A DNA stretch of 64,000 nt from contig LBWK01000002.1 of assembly GCA_000993565.1 (NCBI GenBank), positions 224,800-288,799 on the forward strand. The letters are read 5' to 3'. The position numbers and the translations under genes are program-made. The notes below the pieces were generated by a model. That model was not told the DNA's origin. It did not search any database and saw nothing but the letters and a program-made list of their open reading frames with translations. Of this stretch, positions 15,765 through 25,224 are shown one piece after another (position 1 is the first letter of the stretch; the number at the start of each line of letters is the position of its first letter). This DNA comes from a candidate division WS6 bacterium GW2011_GWF2_39_15. GTDB taxonomy: Bacteria > Patescibacteriota > Dojkabacteria > SC72.

Positions 15765-16553
15765 TTATAGACTAATTTCAGGATTTTGTGTCGTATTGAC
15801 TGTATATTTTCCGCTCCTGATTCGGTTTATCTCTATGGCCGTTGCCTTTGCTCCTATCCGAATACCAAGATCATTTACTATTCCTCTTATATAGGTTCCA
15901 GAGGAGACATGAGCTTCCATCTCAATAACCTGATATCTTTTTTCAATTTCAATATTATTCTCCCATCTTTTCATTATCTCTTCCTGTCTGAAATTCCCTT
16001 TCAGCAGAGAGATTCTTTCCTTAATGTCTGTATATAACTCGTGGCCATTTATGTATTTAGTATTTAGAAGTTTAATATCGTAAATCTCGATCTCTTTTTC
16101 AGGTATTGTTATCTCATTTAATTTATTTCTTAAGGCCCAGTTAAATAAAGGCTTTCCTTTAATCTTATACGATGAAAAGGGAGGGAATTTTTGTCGCTGC
16201 TTTCCTTTGTAAGTTCTAAGAATATTCTTAAGGCTTTCATCTGACACAGCAATATTAGGACTGCCTATTACAGACAATCCGCAAATATCGTAACTGTCAG
16301 TTCCAAATCCAATTACTGCTTGAAACTGGTAGACTTTGTCGCTTAGCTCATATTCCCTTCTCTTTTTATTTTCGTCACCTACTAAAAGAACCATGACTCC
16401 GTGTGCCAGAGGATCCAGCTTCCCTGCAGGGCTTATTTTAACATCTTTATATTCAGGGTTTTGCTCTTTGAAGGTATTAATAAGCTGTACGGGAGATATT
16501 CCAACTGGTTTATAGAGACTAATTACTGATTTCATTTTCTTTGAAGAAGTCAT
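15765..16553 (-). CDS. truB: tRNA pseudouridine(55) synthase
   Basis: PAGKLDPLAHGVMVLLVGD (catalytic Asp motif), SSGTYIRGI. Confidence 0.8.
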   Translation of the reverse strand: MTSSKKMKSVISLYKPVGISPVQLINTFKEQNPEYKDVKISPAGKLDPLAHGVMVLLVGDENKKRREYELSDKVYQFQAVIGFGTDSYDICGLSVIGSPNIAVSDESLKNILRTYKGKQRQKFPPFSSYKIKGKPLFNWALRNKLNEITIPEKEIEIYDIKLLNTKYINGHELYTDIKERISLLKGNFRQEEIMKRWENNIEIEKRYQVIEMEAHVSSGTYIRGIVNDLGIRIGAKATAIEINRIRSGKYTVNTTQNPEISL

Positions 16554-17388
16554 AGATTTCTTTCATAAATTCGGTATCAATATTGAAATGTCCTGCGTCC
16601 TGAACTGTTCTTAGCACAGTGTTTATTTTATAGGGTTTTCCGCGCTCAATATATCCGGAACTTGCACTATATCCGACATTTACATCTCTAGTCCCGTGCC
16701 AGATTTTTGTTGGGATGTTCTTGATAGGAGTGTAAATACTTGATCCCCAGATATATGTAACAGGGGCAAGTAGTGCCATGGCATTGACCTCACTTGGATA
16801 TTTAACAGCATAGTATATAGCGGGTAAACCTCCCATACTAAATCCCAGCATGTTAACCTTTTCTTTTATCATATACTCTTTCTTTATCCATTCAATTAAG
16901 TTCTTACTATCCTGTATTGAAGCGGTGTTTCCATAATTCATACCGTGCTGGTTGGAAGCGGCAAATGCAAAACCCTTAGTCGTAAGGTACTTTGCATATG
17001 CCTGCAGATCTTTCATAAACGGATCTTTGAGATTCTTTGTTACATTTGTATTAGATCCATGATTGTAGATCACAAGAGTTGGAGGAGTTTTAGTATCTAT
17101 TGTCAGAGGATAAGCTATGTAGGCTTGCTGAGTTTGGATTACGGGAAACTTCTCGAAGTACAAGGCTCCGTTTTCTGCAGGAGTTTCTGCGTATGTTTTA
17201 TGGGTATTCTGAGGAACTTGTTGTTCGGGATCCTTATTTTCCTGTTCGACAGCACTTTCTTCCGAAGAGATCTTTTCGCCGGCGAGCTTATCATTTCGGG
17301 TATATAGGAAATATATTGCAATACCAACGATGATGACCAGGATTGTCGGTAGTAGCGATTTGAGAAATTTCATAAGTACATTATACAA
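16519..17388 (-). CDS. Secreted or membrane-anchored alpha/beta-hydrolase (esterase/peptidase-like)
   Basis: N-terminal TM. GxSxG nucleophile elbow (LGFSMGG). A downstream D...H (DAGHF). Confidence 0.6.
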   Translation of the reverse strand: MYNVLMKFLKSLLPTILVIIVGIAIYFLYTRNDKLAGEKISSEESAVEQENKDPEQQVPQNTHKTYAETPAENGALYFEKFPVIQTQQAYIAYPLTIDTKTPPTLVIYNHGSNTNVTKNLKDPFMKDLQAYAKYLTTKGFAFAASNQHGMNYGNTASIQDSKNLIEWIKKEYMIKEKVNMLGFSMGGLPAIYYAVKYPSEVNAMALLAPVTYIWGSSIYTPIKNIPTKIWHGTRDVNVGYSASSGYIERGKPYKINTVLRTVQDAGHFNIDTEFMKEIYDFFKENEISN

Positions 17389-17435
17389 GAAAACTTTACC
17401 TCATTTACAGATTAGTATAATATCGAGTAAGAGGT

Positions 17436-20375
17436 ATGAAAATATATTGGAGTAGAATTACAATAAGCTTCCTTTTTGCAGCATTTATTCTGATGCTGTC
17501 ACCTCTTAAGATTTCAGCAAGCTTCAATACAGAAACAAATCTACCGGCCGATTATGTGAATATGGGAATCCCCGAGGATTTATTAGTCTTGCCTGATGGA
17601 AATATCTGGTATGTAGATTCTCAGAATACTAGAGTTGTGAAAGTTGATCCAAGTGGAAACATTCTCAGAACAGTTGGTAGAGCGGGCACTGATGAAGGGG
17701 AATTTGAATGCCCTATTGTTGCCCTTACTATTGATGCAGAGGATCATTTATATATTCTGAGTTCCTGTAAAGTGTATGTTTTGGATTTCAACGGAGGGAT
17801 TTTGGATAGCTGGGGTGAGAATGGTGTGGAGTTTCAATACCAGTTTGGTAATCCCCGCGGAATAACTTACGATTTAACAACTGATTCCATTCTGATTGCA
17901 GATGCCGCCCAGCATGAAGTCTTGAGCTTTAGTATAGATGGAACCTTTAATTTCGGATTTGGAAGTTTTGGTGCTGGAGCAGGGCAACTAAATGCCCCTG
18001 TCGGAATAACAACGGATGCACTCGGTAACATCTATGTCGCTGACGGAGATAATCATAGAATATCAGTATTTGAGAGCAATGGAGACTTCATTTCTACTAT
18101 TGGGTCGGAAGGGGTTGGTGATGGTGAGTTTACCTTTATTAAAGATGTTGAGATCCTTTCTGACGGGAGTATAGCTGCGACATCGCAGAACTCTCAGAAG
18201 GTTCAAATTTTTAATTCCTCAGGCGTATTCGTTGATTCTTGGGGGGCATATGGAAGTGCATATGATGAGTTTCATTTCCCTCAGTATATTGCTAAGGATA
18301 TTGATGATAACTTATATGTTTCTGATTGGGGGCTGAAGTCGATACAAAAATTTTCGAAAACAGGCGTGTTCAGTTGGAAAATCAGAAATGCAGGGCAAAC
18401 TAATGGAAGGTTCTCAAACCCTGTTGATGTAGCCTATGACTCTGTTGGTAATCTTTATGTGCTTGATGATGCGGGTGATGCTCCTAGATTACAGAAGTTT
18501 ACGAACTCAGGTACCTTTATAGAAGTATTTGCTGATTTCAATGTTTTCGGACTTGGTACATATCATGTTACTATTGATGATAATGATCGTGTTTATGTTA
18601 CAAGCTCAGATCATGTAACTGTTCTTAATCCTAATAAAACAGTTCATTTATCATTTGGCGTGACGGGGAGCGGGAATGGTGAATTTCTTGAGGCAAGAGG
18701 TATTGACGTCGACTCACTAGGGAATATTTATGTTGCCGATTGGGGAAACAGGAGGGTTCAGAAATTTGATAGCAGTGGAGTTTATGTTACGCAATGGGGA
18801 GTCTCCGGTGCAGAAGATGGCAACTTCGACAGTTTGAGTGATCTCTATATCGATGGAGACGATAATATTTATGTCGTAGACGGAAGCGATCCTTTTGATG
18901 TAGTGGAGGGACATCTGAGTCGTATTCAGGTATTTGATACTGCAGGTAACTTTATTAGGAGTATTGGCACGGGTGGAGAAGCTGAAGGCGAGTTTTCGAA
19001 TCAGATAGGTAAAATGGAGTTTGACGGTAGCGGAAATTTGTGGATCACAGATATTGATAGGCATAAAATACTTATTTTTGATAATTTGTTTAACTATGTG
19101 GAGTCAGTTGGTACTTATGGTGCCGGCATTGCACAGTTTTTCAACCCTAACGGATTGGTATACAATTCTGTTACGGGAACGATGACTGTCGCTGACCAGA
19201 ATAATCATAGGGTACAGGGAGTTGGAGAAGGAGTGCGAATCTACAACCTAATTCCAAGTACCGATGTAATTAGGAACGATATTGAAACTAGTCTCGTTAA
19301 CATCTCCTATGATCCTTCAGAAGTCGGTATAGATAGTTTAGCCTCGGAAATGTATTTTGGTGCATATGTTGTTTCTGATTTTGAAGTTGACCTTACAACC
19401 GATCGTAATTGGGAGGCTGTAAATGCTATGTCACTACCTGAAGAGTCAATTGCTATTGTCACTAATCTTAATCCTGTTGATGCCCCGGGAGTTTCTGAGA
19501 CCCACTCATTATACGTGCCGAAATTAGAGGGACAGATCGGTGTTTATGTTTGCCCTGATGCTGTAACAACTGCTGATGTTTCGATCGGGTGTGCATCTGG
19601 ATATAAGTTAATTAATGGCGATGTAGGGTTATCATCTACAACTATTGATACGATTGATTACTGGGTTGTGTCATCGCTGACTGGTACTGCTGCCATGGGT
19701 ATTTTTGGGGCACAGACTTTTGATGTGAGTGCAAGCAAAGTGAATGTAGCCGTTGGGGAAACTTTTTCTCTTTCTGTAACGGCATTGGATATCAACTCCA
19801 ATACTGCAATTCTTTATGACGGTACTGTTGAATTTACTGCGACTTCTTTGGATGGTTTAGCTTCATACAGTTTCACTTCTTTAGATTCCGGAGCACATAA
19901 TTTCCTGAACCTATTCTCATTTGATGCTCCGGGGGACTATACCGTGACTGTTACGGATGCTACCGATCCAACCATAATCGGGGAGTCACAAATAATACAT
20001 GTCAGTGCTATTCCTGTTGATGACACTCCAGTTGACGATACTCCTGTCGATGACACTCCTATTGACGATGGCAATACCACTGGGAATCAGGTTGTAAACA
20101 ACAATACGGGAGTACCGGAGATTGTTAATACGACAGATTTAAATGGAGATGACGAGGATGAAGATTTAGATGATAAGATTGATGACATTATTAATCCCGA
20201 TAATAATGGGGGTAATTCAGGAACAAGTGATGATACAGAAGATGATGAGACAGATGGTGATATTAAAGCTGATCGTGACTGGATGGTATGGCTTAATACT
20301 CTTTGGGCTTTACCATTAATCTTTTTAATTCTTTTTCTCCTCTCTCGGAAAAGGAATGAAAAAGAAAATAGCTAG
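17436..20375 (+). CDS. NHL-repeat (beta-propeller) surface protein with a C-terminal acidic linker and TM anchor
   Basis: Signal peptide. Repeated NHL motifs (GNIYVADGDNHRISVF, GNLYVLDD, GNIYVADWGNRRVQKFD, NNHRVQ). PVDDT x4 repeat. Asp/Glu-rich linker. DRDWMVWLNTLWALPLIFLILFLLSRKRNEKENS. Confidence 0.8.
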   Translation: MKIYWSRITISFLFAAFILMLSPLKISASFNTETNLPADYVNMGIPEDLLVLPDGNIWYVDSQNTRVVKVDPSGNILRTVGRAGTDEGEFECPIVALTIDAEDHLYILSSCKVYVLDFNGGILDSWGENGVEFQYQFGNPRGITYDLTTDSILIADAAQHEVLSFSIDGTFNFGFGSFGAGAGQLNAPVGITTDALGNIYVADGDNHRISVFESNGDFISTIGSEGVGDGEFTFIKDVEILSDGSIAATSQNSQKVQIFNSSGVFVDSWGAYGSAYDEFHFPQYIAKDIDDNLYVSDWGLKSIQKFSKTGVFSWKIRNAGQTNGRFSNPVDVAYDSVGNLYVLDDAGDAPRLQKFTNSGTFIEVFADFNVFGLGTYHVTIDDNDRVYVTSSDHVTVLNPNKTVHLSFGVTGSGNGEFLEARGIDVDSLGNIYVADWGNRRVQKFDSSGVYVTQWGVSGAEDGNFDSLSDLYIDGDDNIYVVDGSDPFDVVEGHLSRIQVFDTAGNFIRSIGTGGEAEGEFSNQIGKMEFDGSGNLWITDIDRHKILIFDNLFNYVESVGTYGAGIAQFFNPNGLVYNSVTGTMTVADQNNHRVQGVGEGVRIYNLIPSTDVIRNDIETSLVNISYDPSEVGIDSLASEMYFGAYVVSDFEVDLTTDRNWEAVNAMSLPEESIAIVTNLNPVDAPGVSETHSLYVPKLEGQIGVYVCPDAVTTADVSIGCASGYKLINGDVGLSSTTIDTIDYWVVSSLTGTAAMGIFGAQTFDVSASKVNVAVGETFSLSVTALDINSNTAILYDGTVEFTATSLDGLASYSFTSLDSGAHNFLNLFSFDAPGDYTVTVTDATDPTIIGESQIIHVSAIPVDDTPVDDTPVDDTPIDDGNTTGNQVVNNNTGVPEIVNTTDLNGDDEDEDLDDKIDDIINPDNNGGNSGTSDDTEDDETDGDIKADRDWMVWLNTLWALPLIFLILFLLSRKRNEKENS
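20013..20072 (+). repeat. Four tandem 15-nt units encoding PVDDT/PVDDT/PVDDT/PIDDG inside the NHL protein gene
   Basis: cctgttgatgacact / ccagttgacgatact / cctgtcgatgacact / cctattgacgatggc. Confidence 0.6.
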
Positions 20376-20428
20376 ATACTTTATGTATACAAGGTGTACC
20401 CTCGTTTGACTTTCTGTTATCATCTGTT

Positions 20429-21601
20429 ATGGATATCGAACTTTCCGCCTCGCAAAAAGAGATTATCTCATCAATACTATCATGGTATAAAAATGTTTCA
20501 GGGGGAGACTATCTCACTCTTGGTGGGTATGCAGGTACAGGCAAGACTACGTTGATTGGTTACATAAGCAAGGCTTTGAGAGATAAAAATGCACAGCTGC
20601 AGATTGCTTTCTGCAGTTATACAGGCAAGGCGGTAAGGATTATGGGAAAGAAACTTAAGGATGTAGATGCTATATACCCAAATGATTCCGTCAGTACAAT
20701 TCACAGACTGATTTACGAGCCTCTAGTGGATGATAAAGGAGTCATTATTGGATGGACTCGAAGAGAACTAAAGGATTTCAAGTTTGGTTTAATAATTGTA
20801 GATGAAGCATCCATGATTAATCAGTCAATCTGGAGCGATCTGCTGGCCTTTAATATCCCTATTCTCGCAGTCGGGGATCACGGACAGCTTCCACCGATTG
20901 AAGGGAACTTTAATCTGATGGATGCTCCGGTACTTAAACTGGAAGAAATCTATAGGCAGGAAAAAGATAATCCGATTGTTTTTGTCTCGAAACTTGCTAG
21001 AACCAGAGGGCTCATACCAGTTATGGAGTATGGTATGAATGTTAAAAAGTTCAATCGTCAGGATACAGACACACAGGAGTTTCTACAGGACCTTTTTCTT
21101 AAGTATGATGATGATATGCTAATTCTTGTCGGATATAACAATACACGAGTTAAACTAAATAAGGCAATACGGCAGCTGCTTGGTTTTGAGAATGAAAGTC
21201 CGGAGACTAAAGATCGTGTTATTTGTTTAAGAAATAGTTATGAAAGGCATATATATAACGGAATGATGGGTCGGATCAAAAAGATAAGTTCATTTAGTGA
21301 TGACTGGGGCACATATTACAAGTCGACCATTTCCCTTGATGATGAGGAAGACTATGATTTTGAGGGCTTGGTTTCCTATAATCAGTTCGGTTCTAAGGAA
21401 ACACTTCATAATGAAAAAACTCCCGAGGTTGATCTTTTTGATTTCGGCTATGCATTAACAGTACATAAAGCACAAGGTAGCCAGGCCAAAAGAGTGGTTG
21501 TTTTTGAAGAGAGGTTTTCGTCAATGACCAACGAGATGTGGAAAAGATGGCTGTATACGGCGGTAACAAGAGCAAGTGAGGAGTTGTATATAATAGGTTA
21601 G
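20429..21601 (+). CDS. Dda/RecD-like SF1 DNA helicase (AAA_30 + UvrD_C_2-type), compact at 390 aa
   Basis: Walker A (GGYAGTGKTTL). DEAS-like IIVDEASMI. C-terminal YALTVHKAQGSQA motif typical of RecD/TraA/Dda helicases. Confidence 0.75.
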   Translation: MDIELSASQKEIISSILSWYKNVSGGDYLTLGGYAGTGKTTLIGYISKALRDKNAQLQIAFCSYTGKAVRIMGKKLKDVDAIYPNDSVSTIHRLIYEPLVDDKGVIIGWTRRELKDFKFGLIIVDEASMINQSIWSDLLAFNIPILAVGDHGQLPPIEGNFNLMDAPVLKLEEIYRQEKDNPIVFVSKLARTRGLIPVMEYGMNVKKFNRQDTDTQEFLQDLFLKYDDDMLILVGYNNTRVKLNKAIRQLLGFENESPETKDRVICLRNSYERHIYNGMMGRIKKISSFSDDWGTYYKSTISLDDEEDYDFEGLVSYNQFGSKETLHNEKTPEVDLFDFGYALTVHKAQGSQAKRVVVFEERFSSMTNEMWKRWLYTAVTRASEELYIIG

Positions 21602-21678
21602 GAGGTTAATCAAGTATCTTCTACCAATAGAGATTGCGCTAAGCCTATAATCATATGTATAATCCCGCAATAATTTGA

Positions 21679-21948
21679 TTGCTGAGATTAATGGATACTT
21701 GGGATTGGAGAGGGATTGAAAGCGAGTTTATTGACCATGAAGAACAGGATGCGGCCGCTTTTTTACTGAGAAGTATTTCTACTAAAGTTGATCCGGTTCT
21801 GGGGCATGAAGTTGAATCGTTAATCGAGGCTTATAGACTCCGGAAGATTAGTCTTGATGATTTTCGGAATCAAATTTCGCATAACCCTCAATTGGTCTTT
21901 GTGTTAAGCAAATTAAGAGAAGAATACCAGAATTCCAAAGCGAGATAA
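21679..21948 (+). CDS. Hypothetical small protein (89 aa)
   Basis: ORF only, no recognisable motif. Confidence 0.35.
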   Translation: MLRLMDTWDWRGIESEFIDHEEQDAAAFLLRSISTKVDPVLGHEVESLIEAYRLRKISLDDFRNQISHNPQLVFVLSKLREEYQNSKAR

Positions 21949-22015
21949 TAATGTAAGTGGGCTTTTTTAATGTTGTATTCTTGTAATACGGATTATTGTA
22001 TCCTATAATACGGAA

Positions 22016-22897
22016 ATGAATAGCGGTATGACCATAGATATGCAACCCAATGCCCTTATAAAGCCAGAGATAGAATTTCTGGAAGGTCTTGCGACATGTC
22101 CAGTTGATAATCTCCCCGTTACCTTTGGAGACTTTCAACTGTACTTAAGGGGTGGATTAGAATCAAACAGGTTTTTTGAAGAGGTTATAGATCTATATAA
22201 TGATACTTTTTCCGACTGGAAATCCAAGCTCTTTGGAATAAGTGCTGTTCCATTAGTTGATCAAGAAAGATCTCTGGCCTTAATGGATGGAATAGCTAAA
22301 TCTAGAACTATTTTGGTGCTACAAAATGGAGATGATGAAATGGTTACATCGTTGCTTTTTGACGAAGCTCAGAGGTTTCTCCTTCAGGACAGCAAAGGTT
22401 TACCAGTTGAAGGAGCTTTAAATTCAATTATATCAATCGCCGTAAATGGAGACCGCACTGAGAGAACTAAAGCTGTTCAATTTCTGAAAACCGTTATAAC
22501 AAACATAACACTGTCTCATTCAGATAACTTTGTAGTGAGTTTTATGGAATCTATAGAAGGACAACTCCCATATGCATCGGCTGAATCAGTAAATGCTTTT
22601 TTGAGATATGTGATTTTTGCTGTCGCTCAAGAGGTAAATGCTAAAAAAGGTTTGTTTGAAAGATATCTTGATGCAATTTGGAAACCAGCTGATAGGCCCA
22701 AAATCGAAAGAAGCGTAAATATGATTATTGATATTTTGGTCGGAATTAATAGTAGATTTCCAGGAGTATATACATTGGATGCTTTGGATATTCTTAAGAG
22801 AATGGATAGTGAAATGAGAAATTTTGATGAAAAGATGGAAATGAGGTTAAGACTAAAGAGTCTGATTAAAGAGTTTACCCCGCGTTTCGTGCTTTAG
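22016..22897 (+). CDS. Hypothetical protein (293 aa), cytoplasmic
   Basis: ORF only, no recognisable motif. Ends 1 nt before the dsbA-like gene. Confidence 0.45.
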   Translation: MNSGMTIDMQPNALIKPEIEFLEGLATCPVDNLPVTFGDFQLYLRGGLESNRFFEEVIDLYNDTFSDWKSKLFGISAVPLVDQERSLALMDGIAKSRTILVLQNGDDEMVTSLLFDEAQRFLLQDSKGLPVEGALNSIISIAVNGDRTERTKAVQFLKTVITNITLSHSDNFVVSFMESIEGQLPYASAESVNAFLRYVIFAVAQEVNAKKGLFERYLDAIWKPADRPKIERSVNMIIDILVGINSRFPGVYTLDALDILKRMDSEMRNFDEKMEMRLRLKSLIKEFTPRFVL

Positions 22898-22898
22898 A

Positions 22899-23783
22899 TT
22901 GACTTTCCGTCGTGTCTTTTGTAATCTAATAAGTACATTTAATTTCACAAATACGAACATAATGGCTAAAATCAAAGATAATCCGTCTAAAGAAACGAAG
23001 GGAACTACAATGGTATTAGATATGGATAAAATGATGGTTCCCTTTTCCATCCTTATTGCAGGCCTAATGATTGCATTGGCAGTCCTTTTTGGCTTAAGGG
23101 GAGGAATAACTAAAGGGGATGATAATACAGGATCTGATACTAATACTGACACCAATACCAATACAGATACTACAACCGGAGATGGAACGGCCACAATCTC
23201 AATAGATGATGACCCATACCTTGGAGATAAGAAGAAGGCTAAGGTTGCTATTGTAGAGTTTAGTGACTACGAGTGTCCATATTGTCAGAGACACTTTACG
23301 GATACGTACCCATCGCTTGTTAAAGATTATGTAGATTCCGGTAAAGCTATTTTAGTCTTTAGAGATTATCCATTAAGCTTCCACGATCCTATGGCCACTA
23401 ATAGTGCTTTGGCAGCACAGTGCGTATTCGATTTAGGAGGGAACGAGAAATATTTCGAGTATCATGATCTGCTTTTTAAGAACACTAAAGCAAACGGTGA
23501 AGGCTTCTCAGATACTGATGCCGGCGATAAGGCTAAGTTAGAGGAGTATGCAAAGACAGTGGGAGTGGATGTTAACAAGTTCAAGAGTTGTTACTCTTCA
23601 AAGAAGTTTGCTGCTGAGATTACAAAAGATCTTTCCGACGGTACTTCAGCTGGTATTTCCGGTACACCTGGCTTTATAATTGGTGAATTAGACAAAGATG
23701 GCAATGTAAAGGATGGTCAGATTCTTGCAGGAGCATACCCATATGCTGATTTTAAAGCTATTCTTGATAAACTGGTTAAGTAA
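22899..23783 (+). CDS. DsbA-family thiol:disulfide oxidoreductase, membrane-anchored, with a Thr/Asp-rich linker
   Basis: N-terminal TM. Linker TNTDTNTNTDTTTGDG. Thioredoxin-fold active site C-P-Y-C (DYECPYCQRHF). Confidence 0.75.
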   Translation: MTFRRVFCNLISTFNFTNTNIMAKIKDNPSKETKGTTMVLDMDKMMVPFSILIAGLMIALAVLFGLRGGITKGDDNTGSDTNTDTNTNTDTTTGDGTATISIDDDPYLGDKKKAKVAIVEFSDYECPYCQRHFTDTYPSLVKDYVDSGKAILVFRDYPLSFHDPMATNSALAAQCVFDLGGNEKYFEYHDLLFKNTKANGEGFSDTDAGDKAKLEEYAKTVGVDVNKFKSCYSSKKFAAEITKDLSDGTSAGISGTPGFIIGELDKDGNVKDGQILAGAYPYADFKAILDKLVK

Positions 23784-23785
23784 AA

Positions 23786-24208
23786 ATGAGTAAAGGGGGG
23801 ATACTTAAAATTCTTCTGCTCCTGTTTAGTCTGGGAGTCTTAATATCTTCCTATCTTTACATATCCAAAGTGGTTAATGCTCCAGTCATATGTCCTGACA
23901 CCGGATGTCAGGTAATTGCAGACAGCCCATACTCATACTTCATAGGACAGCCTGTTGCGTTATGGGGTTTAATGTACTTTCTAGGTATGTTTGTAATTAC
24001 TGTCCTTCTTATAAAAAAGGAATTGCATCTGCTTAAATCTCTCTACTATGTGGGGGTTATTGTAGGAGTGCTTTTCACCTTGTACCTTAGGTACGTGGAG
24101 TTCTTCAAAGTGGGGGCAATATGCGTATGGTGCTGGGCTTCGGTTGTAGTTATGATTGGGATTATTGTCTTTACACTGAAAATGTACTCGGCAGATAGGA
24201 CAAAGTAA
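23786..24208 (+). CDS. VKOR (vitamin K epoxide reductase)-family membrane protein, a DsbB analog
   Basis: Four or more TM helices. A loop Cys pair (CPDTGC) and a TM CXXC (CVWC). Lies immediately downstream of the dsbA-like gene. Confidence 0.7.
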   Translation: MSKGGILKILLLLFSLGVLISSYLYISKVVNAPVICPDTGCQVIADSPYSYFIGQPVALWGLMYFLGMFVITVLLIKKELHLLKSLYYVGVIVGVLFTLYLRYVEFFKVGAICVWCWASVVVMIGIIVFTLKMYSADRTK

Positions 24209-24281
24209 AATCGTTGATCTGAGTGCTTTTGGGTGCTATTCTTTAGACTGTTAACTATCTAATATCAAAACTAAACTACTC

Positions 24282-25223
24282 ATGAGCAAAAGATTTGCAA
24301 TTACGGGAGTTGGTGGTTATATTGCCCCCAGGCATCTGGAAGCTATTAAAGCAACCGGTAATGAGCTGGTTGCAGCATGCGATCCAAATGATTCTGTAGG
24401 AATAATGGATCGTTACTTTTATGAAGCTGCATACTTTAAGGAGTTTGAGAGATTTGATAGACATCTAGATAAGCTTAGAAGAGCAGGAGAGGGAATAGAT
24501 TTTATGACAGTATGTAGTCCCAACTATCTTCATGATGCTCACATTAGGCTTGCTTTAAGGCTTGGCGCTGATGCAATTTGTGAGAAACCGTTAGTTCTTA
24601 ACCCTTGGAATATTGATGCTCTTGAGGAGTTGGCAGAAGAGTATAAGCAGAAAGTATATACAATTCTCCAGCTTAGGGTTCATCCCGCAATAATTGCGTT
24701 GAGAGAAAAGGTCCGAAAGGAAAAGAGAAAGAAGAAATATAAGATTGATTTAACGTACTTAACTTCCAGAGGTGGCTGGTATCTCGTTTCATGGAAAGGT
24801 GATATTGAAAAATCAGGAGGTCTTGCAACAAATATAGGTATTCACTTCTTTGATATGCTCAGCTGGATATTTGGCAAGGTGCAGAAACAGGAGGTTCACT
24901 ATTCGGACGAGAAGAGTGTTGGTGGTTATCTTGAGCTTGAAAAGGCTGAAGTCAGTTGGTTCTTATCTATTGATAGGAAGAATCTGCCCAAAAATGCAAC
25001 AGGAAGTACCTATAGGTCTATAATGATCGACGGTGAGGAGTTCGAGTTCTCTGAGGGCTTTACAGACCTTCACACAAGGGTTTATGAAGAGACTCTGAAT
25101 GGAAACGGTTTTGTTGCCGGAGATACGAGGGAGGCTATAAAGTTAGCACATGATATTCGTACCTCACCTGTAATTGGGGTTAAAGACTATTCTCACCCTA
25201 TTCTTAAAAAATTAAGTAAGTAA
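24282..25223 (+). CDS. Gfo/Idh/MocA-family NAD-dependent sugar oxidoreductase (WbpB/GnnA-like)
   Basis: N-terminal Rossmann motif FAITGVGGYIAPRHLEAI. First of an oxidoreductase/acetyltransferase/aminotransferase trio. Confidence 0.7.
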   Translation: MSKRFAITGVGGYIAPRHLEAIKATGNELVAACDPNDSVGIMDRYFYEAAYFKEFERFDRHLDKLRRAGEGIDFMTVCSPNYLHDAHIRLALRLGADAICEKPLVLNPWNIDALEELAEEYKQKVYTILQLRVHPAIIALREKVRKEKRKKKYKIDLTYLTSRGGWYLVSWKGDIEKSGGLATNIGIHFFDMLSWIFGKVQKQEVHYSDEKSVGGYLELEKAEVSWFLSIDRKNLPKNATGSTYRSIMIDGEEFEFSEGFTDLHTRVYEETLNGNGFVAGDTREAIKLAHDIRTSPVIGVKDYSHPILKKLSK

Positions 25224-25224
25224 A

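Noticed and set aside
20013-20072. Possible CRISPR-like short repeats
   Set aside because: The only regular short repeats are in-frame 15-nt coding repeats (PVDDT) with no spacers. No repeat-spacer array or cas genes are anywhere in the window.
17436-20375. Whether the NHL protein shares the conserved promoter and leader of the two giant genes
   Set aside because: Its upstream region (17389-17435) lacks the TATAGGTCTTTTARGG motif, and its signal peptide is not homologous to the YxxLGPxLS leader. Only the C-terminal anchor is shared.
22853-23194. Minus-strand 113-aa ORF overlapping the dsbA-like gene
   Set aside because: It is antisense to a well-supported CPYC thioredoxin-fold gene. Its Val/Ser/Pro-rich composition mirrors the Thr/Asp linker codons.
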